The position numbers and the translations under genes are program-made. DNA of 64,000 nucleotides from a virus (lineage: Duplodnaviria; Caudoviricetes). The DNA lies in IMG/VR virus record IMGVR_UViG_3300007735_000883, positions 2,141 through 66,140 of that record; one strand, written 5' to 3'. Under the pieces are notes generated by a model. The model was given only the letters and a program-made list of their open reading frames with translations, made no database searches and was not told the origin of the DNA. Shown here in pieces: positions 9,566 through 20,160 of this stretch. Position 1 is the first letter of the stretch. Each line of letters opens with the position of its first letter.

Positions 9566-10036
9566 ATGAGATTAACAAGTCCGTTTAGTACACAATTAAA
9601 TCTTGGTGGTTCAACCACAGATAATATTAAATCGGTTTATTCATTTAAAGACACATTTTTATACAGTTCTCCAGCAACTTTGGCTGGTGTGTCGATATCT
9701 GCGTTGAATAATTTGTCTGCTGGACTTACTTTTTTTGCAAAAGCAATGCGTGAACACCATAAGCAAAAAATGTTAAATTTTATAGATGGTTTTTTTGGTC
9801 CAAGTGGTCCCGGATACAATTACGGAGGACTCACATCAGATTCATATGAAAATTTAAATTTAAATACTTTAGGTTCTCAAACATCAAATATGGAATTGAC
9901 CACATTTAGAGCAATTTATAGATCATTAACGGATGGAATTACAAGTTCAGCAGAACATTTTCGTACTCTGTTTAACAGCAGAAATACTTATGTACCAAAT
10001 GGTTCTCAATCAACAATACCAATACAAATAATATAA
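9566..10036 (+). CDS. Hypothetical protein between gp48 and gp53
   Basis: 156-aa ORF tightly packed in the operon; no family recognised. Confidence 0.6.
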   Translation: MRLTSPFSTQLNLGGSTTDNIKSVYSFKDTFLYSSPATLAGVSISALNNLSAGLTFFAKAMREHHKQKMLNFIDGFFGPSGPGYNYGGLTSDSYENLNLNTLGSQTSNMELTTFRAIYRSLTDGITSSAEHFRTLFNSRNTYVPNGSQSTIPIQII

Positions 10037-10039
10037 TAT

Positions 10040-13000
10040 ATGTTTGAAAACTTTTCTAAAATTAATTATTATTTAAACGGTCAAACTTTAGAATTGACTG
10101 ATATTTTTAAATCTATAAAAATAGACACAACCAATACTTCTGCTGTCAGTACAACAACAAATACTAATCAATCACGACCGGATCAACTAGCAAAAAAATT
10201 ATACGATGATCCTAAATTATTTTGGATTAATTTTGCAATAAACGGTATTAAAAATCCATTTAGAGAATGGAATCAATCTAGCACATCTTTAGTTGAACAA
10301 AATTCTGAAGATTATGATACTAAAGTATTTCAATTTGGTAATACTAGCAAATATTTACCAACTGTTGAAACCTATTTTAATCCAGAACAGATTGATTCTT
10401 ATTCTGGAATTTCTTTGGCCAATATTCAACAGGACGATGTTATTATATTTGAAACCGGTTCAGGAGTATTTGAATTAAAAACATACGGTGCAGGCCAAAT
10501 CGAAGCACTAAATTCCTGCGGCTATCCTCATTTTGGCCAAACCGATATTCCTGATAATTTTTTAAACAGAAATAATATTATACAGATATCTTGTGGTAAA
10601 AATTTTACAGCATGTTTGGACGACACCGGATATATCTGGGCGTGGGGTCAGGATATAGGACTGGAATCTAGTGGATTTATTGTTAATGGTAGGCTGTACA
10701 ATTCACCACGTGGTGGTTATAAACATATTGATACCACACATAATAAAATTATTGCCGTTACTTATAATGGAGGATTAGAGTGTTTTGGTACGTGTGGTGA
10801 TTTTACGTATACTAGTGAAACCAGTGTTGCTAAAAGTGCGTGGATGGGCGGACTAACGTTGGCAGGCGTAGTTATTAAAACAGACAATACCGTAACTCCT
10901 TTAGGGCCTATTGTTTCTACCAATCCTACTCTTCAATATTGTTCTGATGTTTCTTGTGCTGACGATTATTGTTTAGGCGTAGTAACTGGTCCTGTCTCAA
11001 ACGGAACTGTTATTGGATTTGGTTCTACTGGTTATTTTTCTCAGATAGGCCAAAACACATTTTATTCTAAAGAACTTACCAAATTAGGTTCTGTTTCTAC
11101 AACAAATCCGGTTTATCCGTTTACAGACAACAATAATAAAATAATAAAAGATTACGAAAATGGCGTATTAGAAGTATCAATAAAAGATCTACAGCCGTTT
11201 ACATCTCCAAGCGGAAATTCAGATGAAGGATATAGAGCGTATTATAATCAAGTGTACGCATCACAAGATGAAAATAAAATATTAATAGGTATCACTGATT
11301 TTGACACGTACAGCAAAGAAGGATATATTATAAACAATCCCAAAACATTTGCTGGTGCTGGGTATGAACCATATGCTTCTAACACTTACGATTATACACA
11401 ATCATATGATAAAAATTTAAAACCAAATAGAAATTATAATTTATTTAAAGATTCTATTAGAAAATTTCCTGGAATCACTTCATTAACTGGTATAAATTTT
11501 TATCCAACAGCTGTTCCAGTATTAACCGGACCATTTAGATGGACTGTACTTCCTTCATTTAAATTTAATTATCTAAATGACAGTAGTTCTTATTTTAGTT
11601 CTTCAATAAATTATCGTAATTTATTTGGAATATCGTTTGTAAATCAAATCGGAACAGATATGTTTACTGATAACCTTGGTTTAAATACAAACTATTCAAA
11701 CAGCGGAATAACAGCAATTACTAATATTATAGATGGTGTAGGTCATTATATCGAAATAACTAATGACAAAAAAATAAAAATATATACAAAATATTCGGTT
11801 ATTGACGGTACAGAAAGTGATTATTCTCCCAGTAGGAGATACGTTAATGTTGCATCGTATAGAGATCAACCATCAGGTTTAACTGTTGATTTTCATAGTG
11901 ATTATTTTGAAACATCTTTTGGTTCAATTGATTATTGGGGAGAAAACACGTCTCGTGGTTTGTGGGTTTTAAAAGACAATGGTGTTCCTTATCTTATTCG
12001 TCCCGCAGAAGATCATATAAAAATACTAGCAGAACTAGAGCCAGAAACATGGGGATATGCGTATAACTTTAAACAAGACTGCCTTCCGCCCCCAGGTACT
12101 ACTTTCAAAAAAATAGACTTTGCTTCTTGCTCTGCATTTTGGGCGGCTGGTTTAAAAAATAACGGCGAAATTATGATATGGGGAGTAACATCGGATTTAA
12201 ATTGGTTGATGGGAATAACAAATCCACCATACACAATTCCCGGAATTACAGCAAAAGACATAACAATAAATGGCGATAATATTGTTGGTATAAGAAATAA
12301 TGGCACAATTTTTACGTTTGGTGGAACCACATTTGATGCGTTACACACATTTAATAATTTTTATGGAGGTGTAACAGTAACTAATGCGGTTAAAGTGGTT
12401 GGACCAAGCTTGAAACAGTATCTTGACCCCATGACTGTTTTAACGTCAGATAATAAACTTATTCATATGTTTCCGGATGCTAATTATTTTGGCCTGGAAA
12501 CAAATTTATGGAAAGCGTTTTTGGGAATTACTCTAGGTGGATTTGAATTAAAATACAATAAACCTATATCAGAACATCTAGATGATGTGTTCCGTGTTGA
12601 AAAATTAAATATTTCTTATATTTTAAATGCAGATACACAAATAAAAGATATTTCAGGAAACTCTCATAATCTTATAATAACAAAATTAGATGATACCAAA
12701 ATATTCACACAGCACGATCCTTCTGGAGTCTTTGGTACCATTCAATCGTGGTATGCTAGTGGAATAAAATTGCATACAGCCTTATACGGTCTGGATGTTA
12801 GTAAATATAAGAGAACAAAAGGAGAATATTGGCTAGACAATTATTTCTTAAATAAAGATACCGGTCATAAAGTTTTAATTAATGTTTTTGATATAAATTC
12901 TATAAATAATAAAACTGGTTATTCATCCGTACAAAATAGAAATGAATATCCGGTATTAGGTTTGGGTGTGTACAATGATATATTTACAGCTAATACTGAA

Positions 13001-13981
13001 TTGAATGCAAATTCAAATAACGGAATTCGCAGAATATCGCTTGAAGCAGAATGGAATCCTAATTTTTGGGCTACAAATGTAGACTATTTTTCACAAATTG
13101 ATAATGTTATAAATGGAGGATATACTCTTTCCGATTATATCACAACACAGTATGGTGTACTTTGGTTGTACGAAACATACTCTAAACAAAAAAAACCACT
13201 TATAATACATACTCCAAATTTAAATTATGGTTATCTTTCTGAATCAACACTGCAAACAAATAAAATAATTTTAGGTAATGGATTCATAATTAATTTACAT
13301 CCCAATAATAAATTAACATTTATATCTGGCGATAAACAACCATATAATATTGTGAAAGATTTTTCAAATCTTTCAACACTTTATACAGTTGATTTTAATA
13401 ATGAGGACGATTTTAAGTTTTGGGAAAACAGTATTGTTGAAAAAATAGCTATAGGAACAAATAGATTTTATACGTATAAACCAAGATATGTTGAAAATTC
13501 TGTTAATTATTGGGGATCTAAGGGAGAAAATATAGAACCTAAAGGATTAACCTACACACAAATAGATTGTTTTAGTACACACTGTTGTGGTATACGTCTA
13601 GACGGTAAAATTGAATGCTGGGGTTCAGATGATTCTGGTATCTGGGTGGAAATGCCCGATGGAACGGTTTTAAGTGGAGGATTAGCAGTTCCGCCTTCGC
13701 TGGGAGTTTGTAACAAAGTTTCTGTTGGTTATGACCACAGCTGTGCAGAAGACGTATCGGGAAATATAGTTTGTTGGGGTAATAATAATTACGGCCAAGT
13801 TACTGTTCCTTCGTATATAAACGATGGAACACCAAATCAAATTTTAGACTGTAGTAAATATTTTAGTGCAGTGCAAAAAACTGATGGAAGAATACTGATT
13901 TGGGGCAGAGCAATAACGGGCCCAGCAGAAATTATAGATTTAGGAAATTCTGTGCCCACAGAATTAACATTAGAGAGCTAA
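10040..13981 (+). CDS. gp53: gp53 N-terminal baseplate wedge domain fused to RCC1/BLIP-II-like repeats
   Basis: MFENF.KI.Y...TDIF...RPDQLA.KLY.DP.L.W....N.I.NP..EW (gp53), then ISCGKNFTACL...IWAWG and VSVGYDHSCA...CWGNN.YGQ repeats. Confidence 0.8.
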   Translation: MFENFSKINYYLNGQTLELTDIFKSIKIDTTNTSAVSTTTNTNQSRPDQLAKKLYDDPKLFWINFAINGIKNPFREWNQSSTSLVEQNSEDYDTKVFQFGNTSKYLPTVETYFNPEQIDSYSGISLANIQQDDVIIFETGSGVFELKTYGAGQIEALNSCGYPHFGQTDIPDNFLNRNNIIQISCGKNFTACLDDTGYIWAWGQDIGLESSGFIVNGRLYNSPRGGYKHIDTTHNKIIAVTYNGGLECFGTCGDFTYTSETSVAKSAWMGGLTLAGVVIKTDNTVTPLGPIVSTNPTLQYCSDVSCADDYCLGVVTGPVSNGTVIGFGSTGYFSQIGQNTFYSKELTKLGSVSTTNPVYPFTDNNNKIIKDYENGVLEVSIKDLQPFTSPSGNSDEGYRAYYNQVYASQDENKILIGITDFDTYSKEGYIINNPKTFAGAGYEPYASNTYDYTQSYDKNLKPNRNYNLFKDSIRKFPGITSLTGINFYPTAVPVLTGPFRWTVLPSFKFNYLNDSSSYFSSSINYRNLFGISFVNQIGTDMFTDNLGLNTNYSNSGITAITNIIDGVGHYIEITNDKKIKIYTKYSVIDGTESDYSPSRRYVNVASYRDQPSGLTVDFHSDYFETSFGSIDYWGENTSRGLWVLKDNGVPYLIRPAEDHIKILAELEPETWGYAYNFKQDCLPPPGTTFKKIDFASCSAFWAAGLKNNGEIMIWGVTSDLNWLMGITNPPYTIPGITAKDITINGDNIVGIRNNGTIFTFGGTTFDALHTFNNFYGGVTVTNAVKVVGPSLKQYLDPMTVLTSDNKLIHMFPDANYFGLETNLWKAFLGITLGGFELKYNKPISEHLDDVFRVEKLNISYILNADTQIKDISGNSHNLIITKLDDTKIFTQHDPSGVFGTIQSWYASGIKLHTALYGLDVSKYKRTKGEYWLDNYFLNKDTGHKVLINVFDINSINNKTGYSSVQNRNEYPVLGLGVYNDIFTANTELNANSNNGIRRISLEAEWNPNFWATNVDYFSQIDNVINGGYTLSDYITTQYGVLWLYETYSKQKKPLIIHTPNLNYGYLSESTLQTNKIILGNGFIINLHPNNKLTFISGDKQPYNIVKDFSNLSTLYTVDFNNEDDFKFWENSIVEKIAIGTNRFYTYKPRYVENSVNYWGSKGENIEPKGLTYTQIDCFSTHCCGIRLDGKIECWGSDDSGIWVEMPDGTVLSGGLAVPPSLGVCNKVSVGYDHSCAEDVSGNIVCWGNNNYGQVTVPSYINDGTPNQILDCSKYFSAVQKTDGRILIWGRAITGPAEIIDLGNSVPTELTLES

Positions 13982-13985
13982 TACC

Positions 13986-16900
13986 ATGAGCGGAGTATAC
14001 AAAGTATCTGTAGGATATAGTCACGGCCTCTTGATAAAAGACGGTAATTTATATGCTTGGGGTTATAATTATGACGGTCAATTAGGATTAGGAAATCCTG
14101 GCTTAACGTATCAACACAATCCAAAATTAGTATCTGGTTCTGGTAATTGGACTGATATTTCTGCTGGTTACGATCATTCGCTGGGAATATGTGGTGGATA
14201 TCTGTACTCGTGGGGTAGTAATTATTACGGACAATTAGGTTTAACGTATGTGCACGATGATCTTGCGACGCTTGGTTTAAGTGGTTATGGTCATTCTGCT
14301 CTGGGAAAATCAGCTGCCAAAGAATATTCACCCCAAAGAATAGGCGGGGGTTCTAATTGGTCTAAAATATCTGCAGGAAAAGAAATTTCTTTTGCCATAA
14401 GAAACGGATATCTTTACGGTTGGGGAAATTCAGGTGGTCCAAATTTTAATGATCGTTTAGGTGTTCGTTTCTCGGAAGATAATGGTCCATATACAAAGAT
14501 TAATGTTCTTACTCAGTTTGTTCCTGTTCCTATTAGAGTATCTACTTTAAGTACTTGGTCTGATATTTCAACAAATTGTGCTAATAATGATAACTCTATC
14601 GGAATTGCCGGTGGTAAATTGATGTCTTGGGGGTTGGAAGTGTTAGGAAAATTAGGAAATGGTGTTAATGCAACAACTAATAGATCACTAACTAAAATTA
14701 ACCCTTCTTTGTTGGTATCATATTTAAACAACGAGAATGGGTTTTTTAACTGTTTGTATGACCGCTCTTTTACCAATCCGGTTCCAACAAACACAACCTG
14801 GTCTGCTGTTTCTGCGGGGCGGTTACACGCACTAGGAATATCTGGCGGCGATCTGTACGCTTGGGGGAGTAATAATGGTGGTGCTTTGGGCGACGGAACT
14901 ACTTTAGATAGATATGTTCCAACTTTAATAGATTCTGATCCAACATACGATTGGGTTAAAGTTTCTGCAGGAGCAAACTACTCTCTAGGTTTGTTAGAAC
15001 CTGGGGGAGTAGGTTATTATGAACCGTGGGCATGGGGATCCAATTTAAACGGACAGCTAGGTGACGGAACTCTTAATAGTTCTCCTAGACCTAAACCAAT
15101 ATCAATCACAGAAACATATCAGGATATAAGTGCTGGTTATAATTATGCAGCCGGTATAGAATCTTCTTCAGGAACTTACAAAACATACGCGTGGGGATTT
15201 GATACATTTAAACCTGTATCGCAAGCTCCAAACGTTTTAACTAATCCTAACGATAAAATACCAGCACAATATAAAAGAGCAAACACAAAAGTAAAAAAAA
15301 TATCTGTTGGGTGGAATGATATTTACATTTTAGATAAAACAGGAAACTTAGATTATATTCCAATAAATGGAAATGATATAATTAGTCCAGCCGTATTACG
15401 AGAATTTAATTATACTTCTTATGGACCAACAAAAATATATCAACCTATAACAGATATAGCGGCAGGATTTAATACTGCTATAGTATCTAAAGCAGACAAT
15501 ACAATTAATATAGACGCTCGTGGATACAATTCACAGATACCCGTACCATCACCATATTATGCACAAACACCGGAATTGGAAAATATAACACAAAGAGCAT
15601 GGATTAAATTAAACAGAAGAGACACCATTACCGCTGTTTTCTGTGGTGGTAGTAATTACGCAATAGTGTTTGGTGATGGTACTGTAGAAACTTGGGGTAA
15701 ATATAAAGACTGGAGTAACTATCAACCAATACACATTAAATGGAAACAGGTAGTTAGTGGCGGTAACCATATTGTCATATTAAATACAAACAATCAGGTA
15801 TATTGTTTTGGAGATAATACGTATAGTCAATGTAATGTACCGTCTGGTTTAACTGGAATCAAATCTGTTTTTGCTACAGCAACAGCTTCTGGAGCATTAT
15901 TAGAAAACGGAGATGTTGTTTATTGGGGTGCATGGGATCGTTTTGACGGAACAGATCAATTAAGTTTATACTCCGTATTACAGACATCATATCCACATAC
16001 AACCGCTGCTCTTCCACTAAACAGAAAATATAAACATAACCTTATAGGTTACACTTTTGATGGAGATTGGGGAGAAACGTTATACAAGAATTCTATAAAA
16101 ACAAAACTCCAAGAATACTATACCCAAACAGGAAGTTATCCTAAAAAATTAATCCTTAATATACAAGACGGAACAAACAATCCTCTACGGTGGTTTAATG
16201 AGCCTGCAACCATTAAATACTTGGGTTTTACTTTAAATGCTTCAGGCATTTCTTCTGCAAACGATGGAGTAACGTATCAAAACTTAGTTTCAAACAATTA
16301 TTCTGTTGCCCCCACACGTTACGAAGATTTTACAAAAGTTTTACAAACAATCACGGATTTTTATAGTCTCGGTTACACTTTGGCAAAACAAGCAATCTAC
16401 GAACTGTCCGGCGATAAAAATACAACAGCGGTAGGATTTAATACAGGGCAGCTATTACCTGATTATACGTTCTTAGGATTTAGTGCCGCCAGCAGTAGCT
16501 ATACACTAAATTATAAAAACAGTTGGTTAACCGGAAACACTCTTGTTAATTACAAAGAATATTCTAACGATACTGAATGGGCTCCGTATATTATACAAGG
16601 ACCAGATTCGTATCTGCCTATTTCTGGTTTTGATGTATCAAATAAATCGTATAAACCGTATTCTGGTACTACTGCTACCAATAATTATCATGTTAATTCT
16701 GTTGGTATTACCAGTGCAGTTTATACTGCGTACTACAACAGATGGAAAGAATTCTTAAATAGTGTAGATTTTGATTTTGTTATCGATAATAATATAAGTA
16801 AATTTATTCTGCCAGATGAAACGTCTAATACTCCAATACTGTGGGCTAAAACCAAACAAATACTAAAAGATTACGAAACAAGTACAGGAACGATACTAAA

Positions 16901-18158
16901 TAAAAACTTACTCACAAATTTTGCCAACTATTCAGATTCTAACATAGGAACAACTCTTGGCGTTGTGGATAAAGGTCCCGTTCTTATACAGGGTGCTACG
17001 GGTATACGTGTAAATCTGGACCAATTTAAATCTTCTGTCACTACTTCAAAAGCTGCACCGTACAACTACAATACTGTAATTAATAATTTAAATATTTTTG
17101 ATCTGGGAATACTGGCAATTCTGGGCTCAACTCTAGAGCAAAGAATTTTAGATCAGTGGTATTACTATGGAATACGTGGTGGTACTTTTAATTGGTCTAA
17201 TAAAACAACCGATCCTGGGTTTACGTATATTGATTGGTCTACCATACAAACAGAACTGGTAAATGAGACGTATTCTGTATTTGGTTCGTCTAAACCTAAT
17301 GTTAACAAGTTTGTTAGTTTATTAAATTATTTTAATGCGTTAAATTTATTACCCAATCAACAGTTTGATTTTTATAATCTTAAGGATGTAATAAAAATTA
17401 AATCCGGTAAAGATCACAGCATACTTTTAAATAAATTAGGTAAACTGTATTTCTTAGGTGCAACTTCTGATAATAGACAGAATCTGCCAGACGGAGAATA
17501 CACGGATATTTCTGCAGGCGATCTACACTCTGCTGCAATAAGCACTACTGGTGCTTTATTTACCGCAGGAAAACTTATAACAGATTCTGGAGGATGTTCC
17601 GGTTCTACTCTAACTGTAGACCTTACTCCTATTTCTGGTGTGTTTGATACTGTAGAATCTGGAGGTAACCATCTAGCACTGTTTGAAACCGGGCAAAATA
17701 AAAAATACTACGGAACTGTTGATCGTGTTGACGAGATATTCAAGAGAATATATGTTAAAAACTACTCTGCTGCAGACGAAACCAATATATCTTTTGGTGA
17801 TCCGTCTGGAACAAACGTCACAATAATACGAGACGGAACCGTAATAAAAAATATACAACATAAATTATTAAGTATAGACTCATACGTTTACACTGTACAG
17901 AATATTATTAATGGTTCTGGTGTTGTGCAAGACGTTTCTGCTAATAATGGAGCTGTTTGGAAAACGTATTTTATAAATTCATATAAAAATGCAGAAAATA
18001 ATCCATATTTGGTCACCCCATTTAAAGTACAAATAGAGACTATACAGGCACAAGACATTAAGTATCTAAATAAAGAGGTATTGTACACATTTGAAAACAA
18101 GTTTAAAGACCTAATAAAAACTGAAAATAAAATTGATATAAAAATATCTGACTTATGA
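13986..18158 (+). CDS. RCC1-repeat beta-propeller protein with a gp53-like C-terminus
   Basis: Many ISAG.xHSL...LY.WG.N..GQLG repeats; ends VTPF...IKYLNKEVL..F...FKDLI, like gp53 C-termini. Confidence 0.8.
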   Translation: MSGVYKVSVGYSHGLLIKDGNLYAWGYNYDGQLGLGNPGLTYQHNPKLVSGSGNWTDISAGYDHSLGICGGYLYSWGSNYYGQLGLTYVHDDLATLGLSGYGHSALGKSAAKEYSPQRIGGGSNWSKISAGKEISFAIRNGYLYGWGNSGGPNFNDRLGVRFSEDNGPYTKINVLTQFVPVPIRVSTLSTWSDISTNCANNDNSIGIAGGKLMSWGLEVLGKLGNGVNATTNRSLTKINPSLLVSYLNNENGFFNCLYDRSFTNPVPTNTTWSAVSAGRLHALGISGGDLYAWGSNNGGALGDGTTLDRYVPTLIDSDPTYDWVKVSAGANYSLGLLEPGGVGYYEPWAWGSNLNGQLGDGTLNSSPRPKPISITETYQDISAGYNYAAGIESSSGTYKTYAWGFDTFKPVSQAPNVLTNPNDKIPAQYKRANTKVKKISVGWNDIYILDKTGNLDYIPINGNDIISPAVLREFNYTSYGPTKIYQPITDIAAGFNTAIVSKADNTINIDARGYNSQIPVPSPYYAQTPELENITQRAWIKLNRRDTITAVFCGGSNYAIVFGDGTVETWGKYKDWSNYQPIHIKWKQVVSGGNHIVILNTNNQVYCFGDNTYSQCNVPSGLTGIKSVFATATASGALLENGDVVYWGAWDRFDGTDQLSLYSVLQTSYPHTTAALPLNRKYKHNLIGYTFDGDWGETLYKNSIKTKLQEYYTQTGSYPKKLILNIQDGTNNPLRWFNEPATIKYLGFTLNASGISSANDGVTYQNLVSNNYSVAPTRYEDFTKVLQTITDFYSLGYTLAKQAIYELSGDKNTTAVGFNTGQLLPDYTFLGFSAASSSYTLNYKNSWLTGNTLVNYKEYSNDTEWAPYIIQGPDSYLPISGFDVSNKSYKPYSGTTATNNYHVNSVGITSAVYTAYYNRWKEFLNSVDFDFVIDNNISKFILPDETSNTPILWAKTKQILKDYETSTGTILNKNLLTNFANYSDSNIGTTLGVVDKGPVLIQGATGIRVNLDQFKSSVTTSKAAPYNYNTVINNLNIFDLGILAILGSTLEQRILDQWYYYGIRGGTFNWSNKTTDPGFTYIDWSTIQTELVNETYSVFGSSKPNVNKFVSLLNYFNALNLLPNQQFDFYNLKDVIKIKSGKDHSILLNKLGKLYFLGATSDNRQNLPDGEYTDISAGDLHSAAISTTGALFTAGKLITDSGGCSGSTLTVDLTPISGVFDTVESGGNHLALFETGQNKKYYGTVDRVDEIFKRIYVKNYSAADETNISFGDPSGTNVTIIRDGTVIKNIQHKLLSIDSYVYTVQNIINGSGVVQDVSANNGAVWKTYFINSYKNAENNPYLVTPFKVQIETIQAQDIKYLNKEVLYTFENKFKDLIKTENKIDIKISDL

Positions 18159-20152
18159 CAACACAAATAACTGTTCCAAATATTGAAATTAAAGAAATCA
18201 CTCTGATCAACAGTGATCCTAATATTGGTTCACAGATGGTTGCTTTTACAGTATTTCCAAGAGACAAAAACGAACCTGTAATATTTGATTCTTTAATTTT
18301 AGATGAAGATATGTTTGCAGAATCTGTGACCGGAACTTTGTATTTTTATGATCCTGCGTTTATAGTAGAACAATTAAATTTTACTTCGTATGATATTGTG
18401 CAGATACAGTATTCAACTGTTGGTGGTATAACTAAAAAATGTAAATTTAAAATTGTAGAAATTGCATCAGAAGCTAATACTGTTTCTAAACAAATTCTTG
18501 GACCGTTTGGAAACACTATTCCTGTTGCTATTAAATTTACTTCAGATCAATTAATCTATAAGAATTTTGATACCATGTTATTGAAATCTTTTATAGGAAG
18601 AATTTCAAACGATTCTAAAACGTCTGCTCCATATACCAGTCAAGTTCCAGGACTAGAGGCGTGTGGTAAAATAGACAGTCCAGGATTTGTTCAGTACGTT
18701 TTTGAAGAGTTTGGATTTGGTAAAAATCAAGGCGATGAAGTTGCTAAAAAATTAGAAGCAGACGCCACATTTAATGACGTTTGGTTTAAAATAAATCCTA
18801 GTCATTATCCGTGGAGTAAAATTGGTGTACCAGCAAAAATTGGTCAGATGATGAATTACGTTTGCGAGTACGCATGTTATCTTAAAAATCCAAATGCAGT
18901 AAACTTTTTCTTCTGGGAAGATTTGGATAAGTTTAATTTTAGGTGTGTAGAGTCTCTGTTAGACAAACAACCAAAAGCAACATATACTCCATCATTAAAT
19001 GAAAACGACACTGATGCTATAGTGGATCTACAGATTATTACAGAGACTCCAGTATCTAAACTGGTTGATAATGGAGCATTTAGTGGTGAATATATACGAG
19101 TTAAACCCGATTGGATAAACCCGTATAAATTTGTTGTGGATACTGCAGAATCGTTAAAACGAACACAGGTTGTTTACGACTACTATACCGATAAAGGATT
19201 TAAAAAAATATCAACGTATCCGCCTGTAGACAGAAAAGACGTGTCGTTGGTGTATTCTCCTAATAGAATTTCAGATTCTAATTACGGCTATTTTCAAGAC
19301 GCATACGGTCAGGGAAATAGACCTTGGTGGAATTATTGGGATTCTTCGTATAAGCACTTTGAAGGAGAAAAAATAGGAGGAGTAACGTCCGAAGTAGAAC
19401 GAATAGAAGGTAACTATTGGCAAGCTCAGTTTGATTTTTGTGAACTTCCTGGTTCGTGTTTAAAGAAAATTTACGAAAAAATTAAATGGCCTAGATCGTC
19501 CGCCAGAGCAGCGTACTCTGCAATGAAACGAGCAGACACAAAATGGAAATTTTATAGACAGACCATTTTGGGCGAAAGAAACCAACCTACAAGTTTTTAT
19601 GCACTGTTATTGAGTGCAACAAACATATACGATAATGGTGCTGGCGGTATATATGAATATTATTTTGAAGAAGTAGAATTCTGGCCTAAACGAACAAATG
19701 GATTTAGAAGTGTTAAATCGGTTCAACGAGTTATTTCTGACCCAAACTATCCGTTTACCATAGTCTCTGTTCCTTGGGGGATTAAAGGAAACGCCTATAA
19801 TTTGAACGAACTTTTAAATAGCGGATTACCCAGATCAAAAGAAGATGATGCATCTATAAAAACAGCACTAATATCGCCAGGAGCGTCCAGCAAAGTAACA
19901 AGCGATGGCGTAGACGGTATAATAATGCAACCTGTTGGTGGATTTAGAGTTAGATCTACTCCAGAAGATGGAACGCCCAAAGACGTATACGTTGGTAGAG
20001 TAGTAAAAATTGATGTAGTTAGTTCAAAAATGGTAGACATGTTAACACCTGCCACTAGTTTTCCGTGCGGATTCCCTATAAAACAAGAAGTTGGGCCGAT
20101 TTATATGTTTGATGTAGAAAATTCAGGAGTTTGCTCTACTACAACACCATAA
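18155..20152 (+). CDS. Baseplate hub (gp27-like), N-terminal part
   Basis: IKEI.L, EDMF...VTG.L..YD, NFFFWEDL..FNF..VESLL typical of T4-like hub proteins; follows gp53. Confidence 0.6.
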   Translation: MTTQITVPNIEIKEITLINSDPNIGSQMVAFTVFPRDKNEPVIFDSLILDEDMFAESVTGTLYFYDPAFIVEQLNFTSYDIVQIQYSTVGGITKKCKFKIVEIASEANTVSKQILGPFGNTIPVAIKFTSDQLIYKNFDTMLLKSFIGRISNDSKTSAPYTSQVPGLEACGKIDSPGFVQYVFEEFGFGKNQGDEVAKKLEADATFNDVWFKINPSHYPWSKIGVPAKIGQMMNYVCEYACYLKNPNAVNFFFWEDLDKFNFRCVESLLDKQPKATYTPSLNENDTDAIVDLQIITETPVSKLVDNGAFSGEYIRVKPDWINPYKFVVDTAESLKRTQVVYDYYTDKGFKKISTYPPVDRKDVSLVYSPNRISDSNYGYFQDAYGQGNRPWWNYWDSSYKHFEGEKIGGVTSEVERIEGNYWQAQFDFCELPGSCLKKIYEKIKWPRSSARAAYSAMKRADTKWKFYRQTILGERNQPTSFYALLLSATNIYDNGAGGIYEYYFEEVEFWPKRTNGFRSVKSVQRVISDPNYPFTIVSVPWGIKGNAYNLNELLNSGLPRSKEDDASIKTALISPGASSKVTSDGVDGIIMQPVGGFRVRSTPEDGTPKDVYVGRVVKIDVVSSKMVDMLTPATSFPCGFPIKQEVGPIYMFDVENSGVCSTTTP

Positions 20153-20160
20153 GGATTTAT

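Noticed and set aside
13979-13988. Readthrough joining the two RCC1 ORFs
   Set aside because: The ORFs are in different frames, with a clean TAA, a nearby ATG and no slippery site
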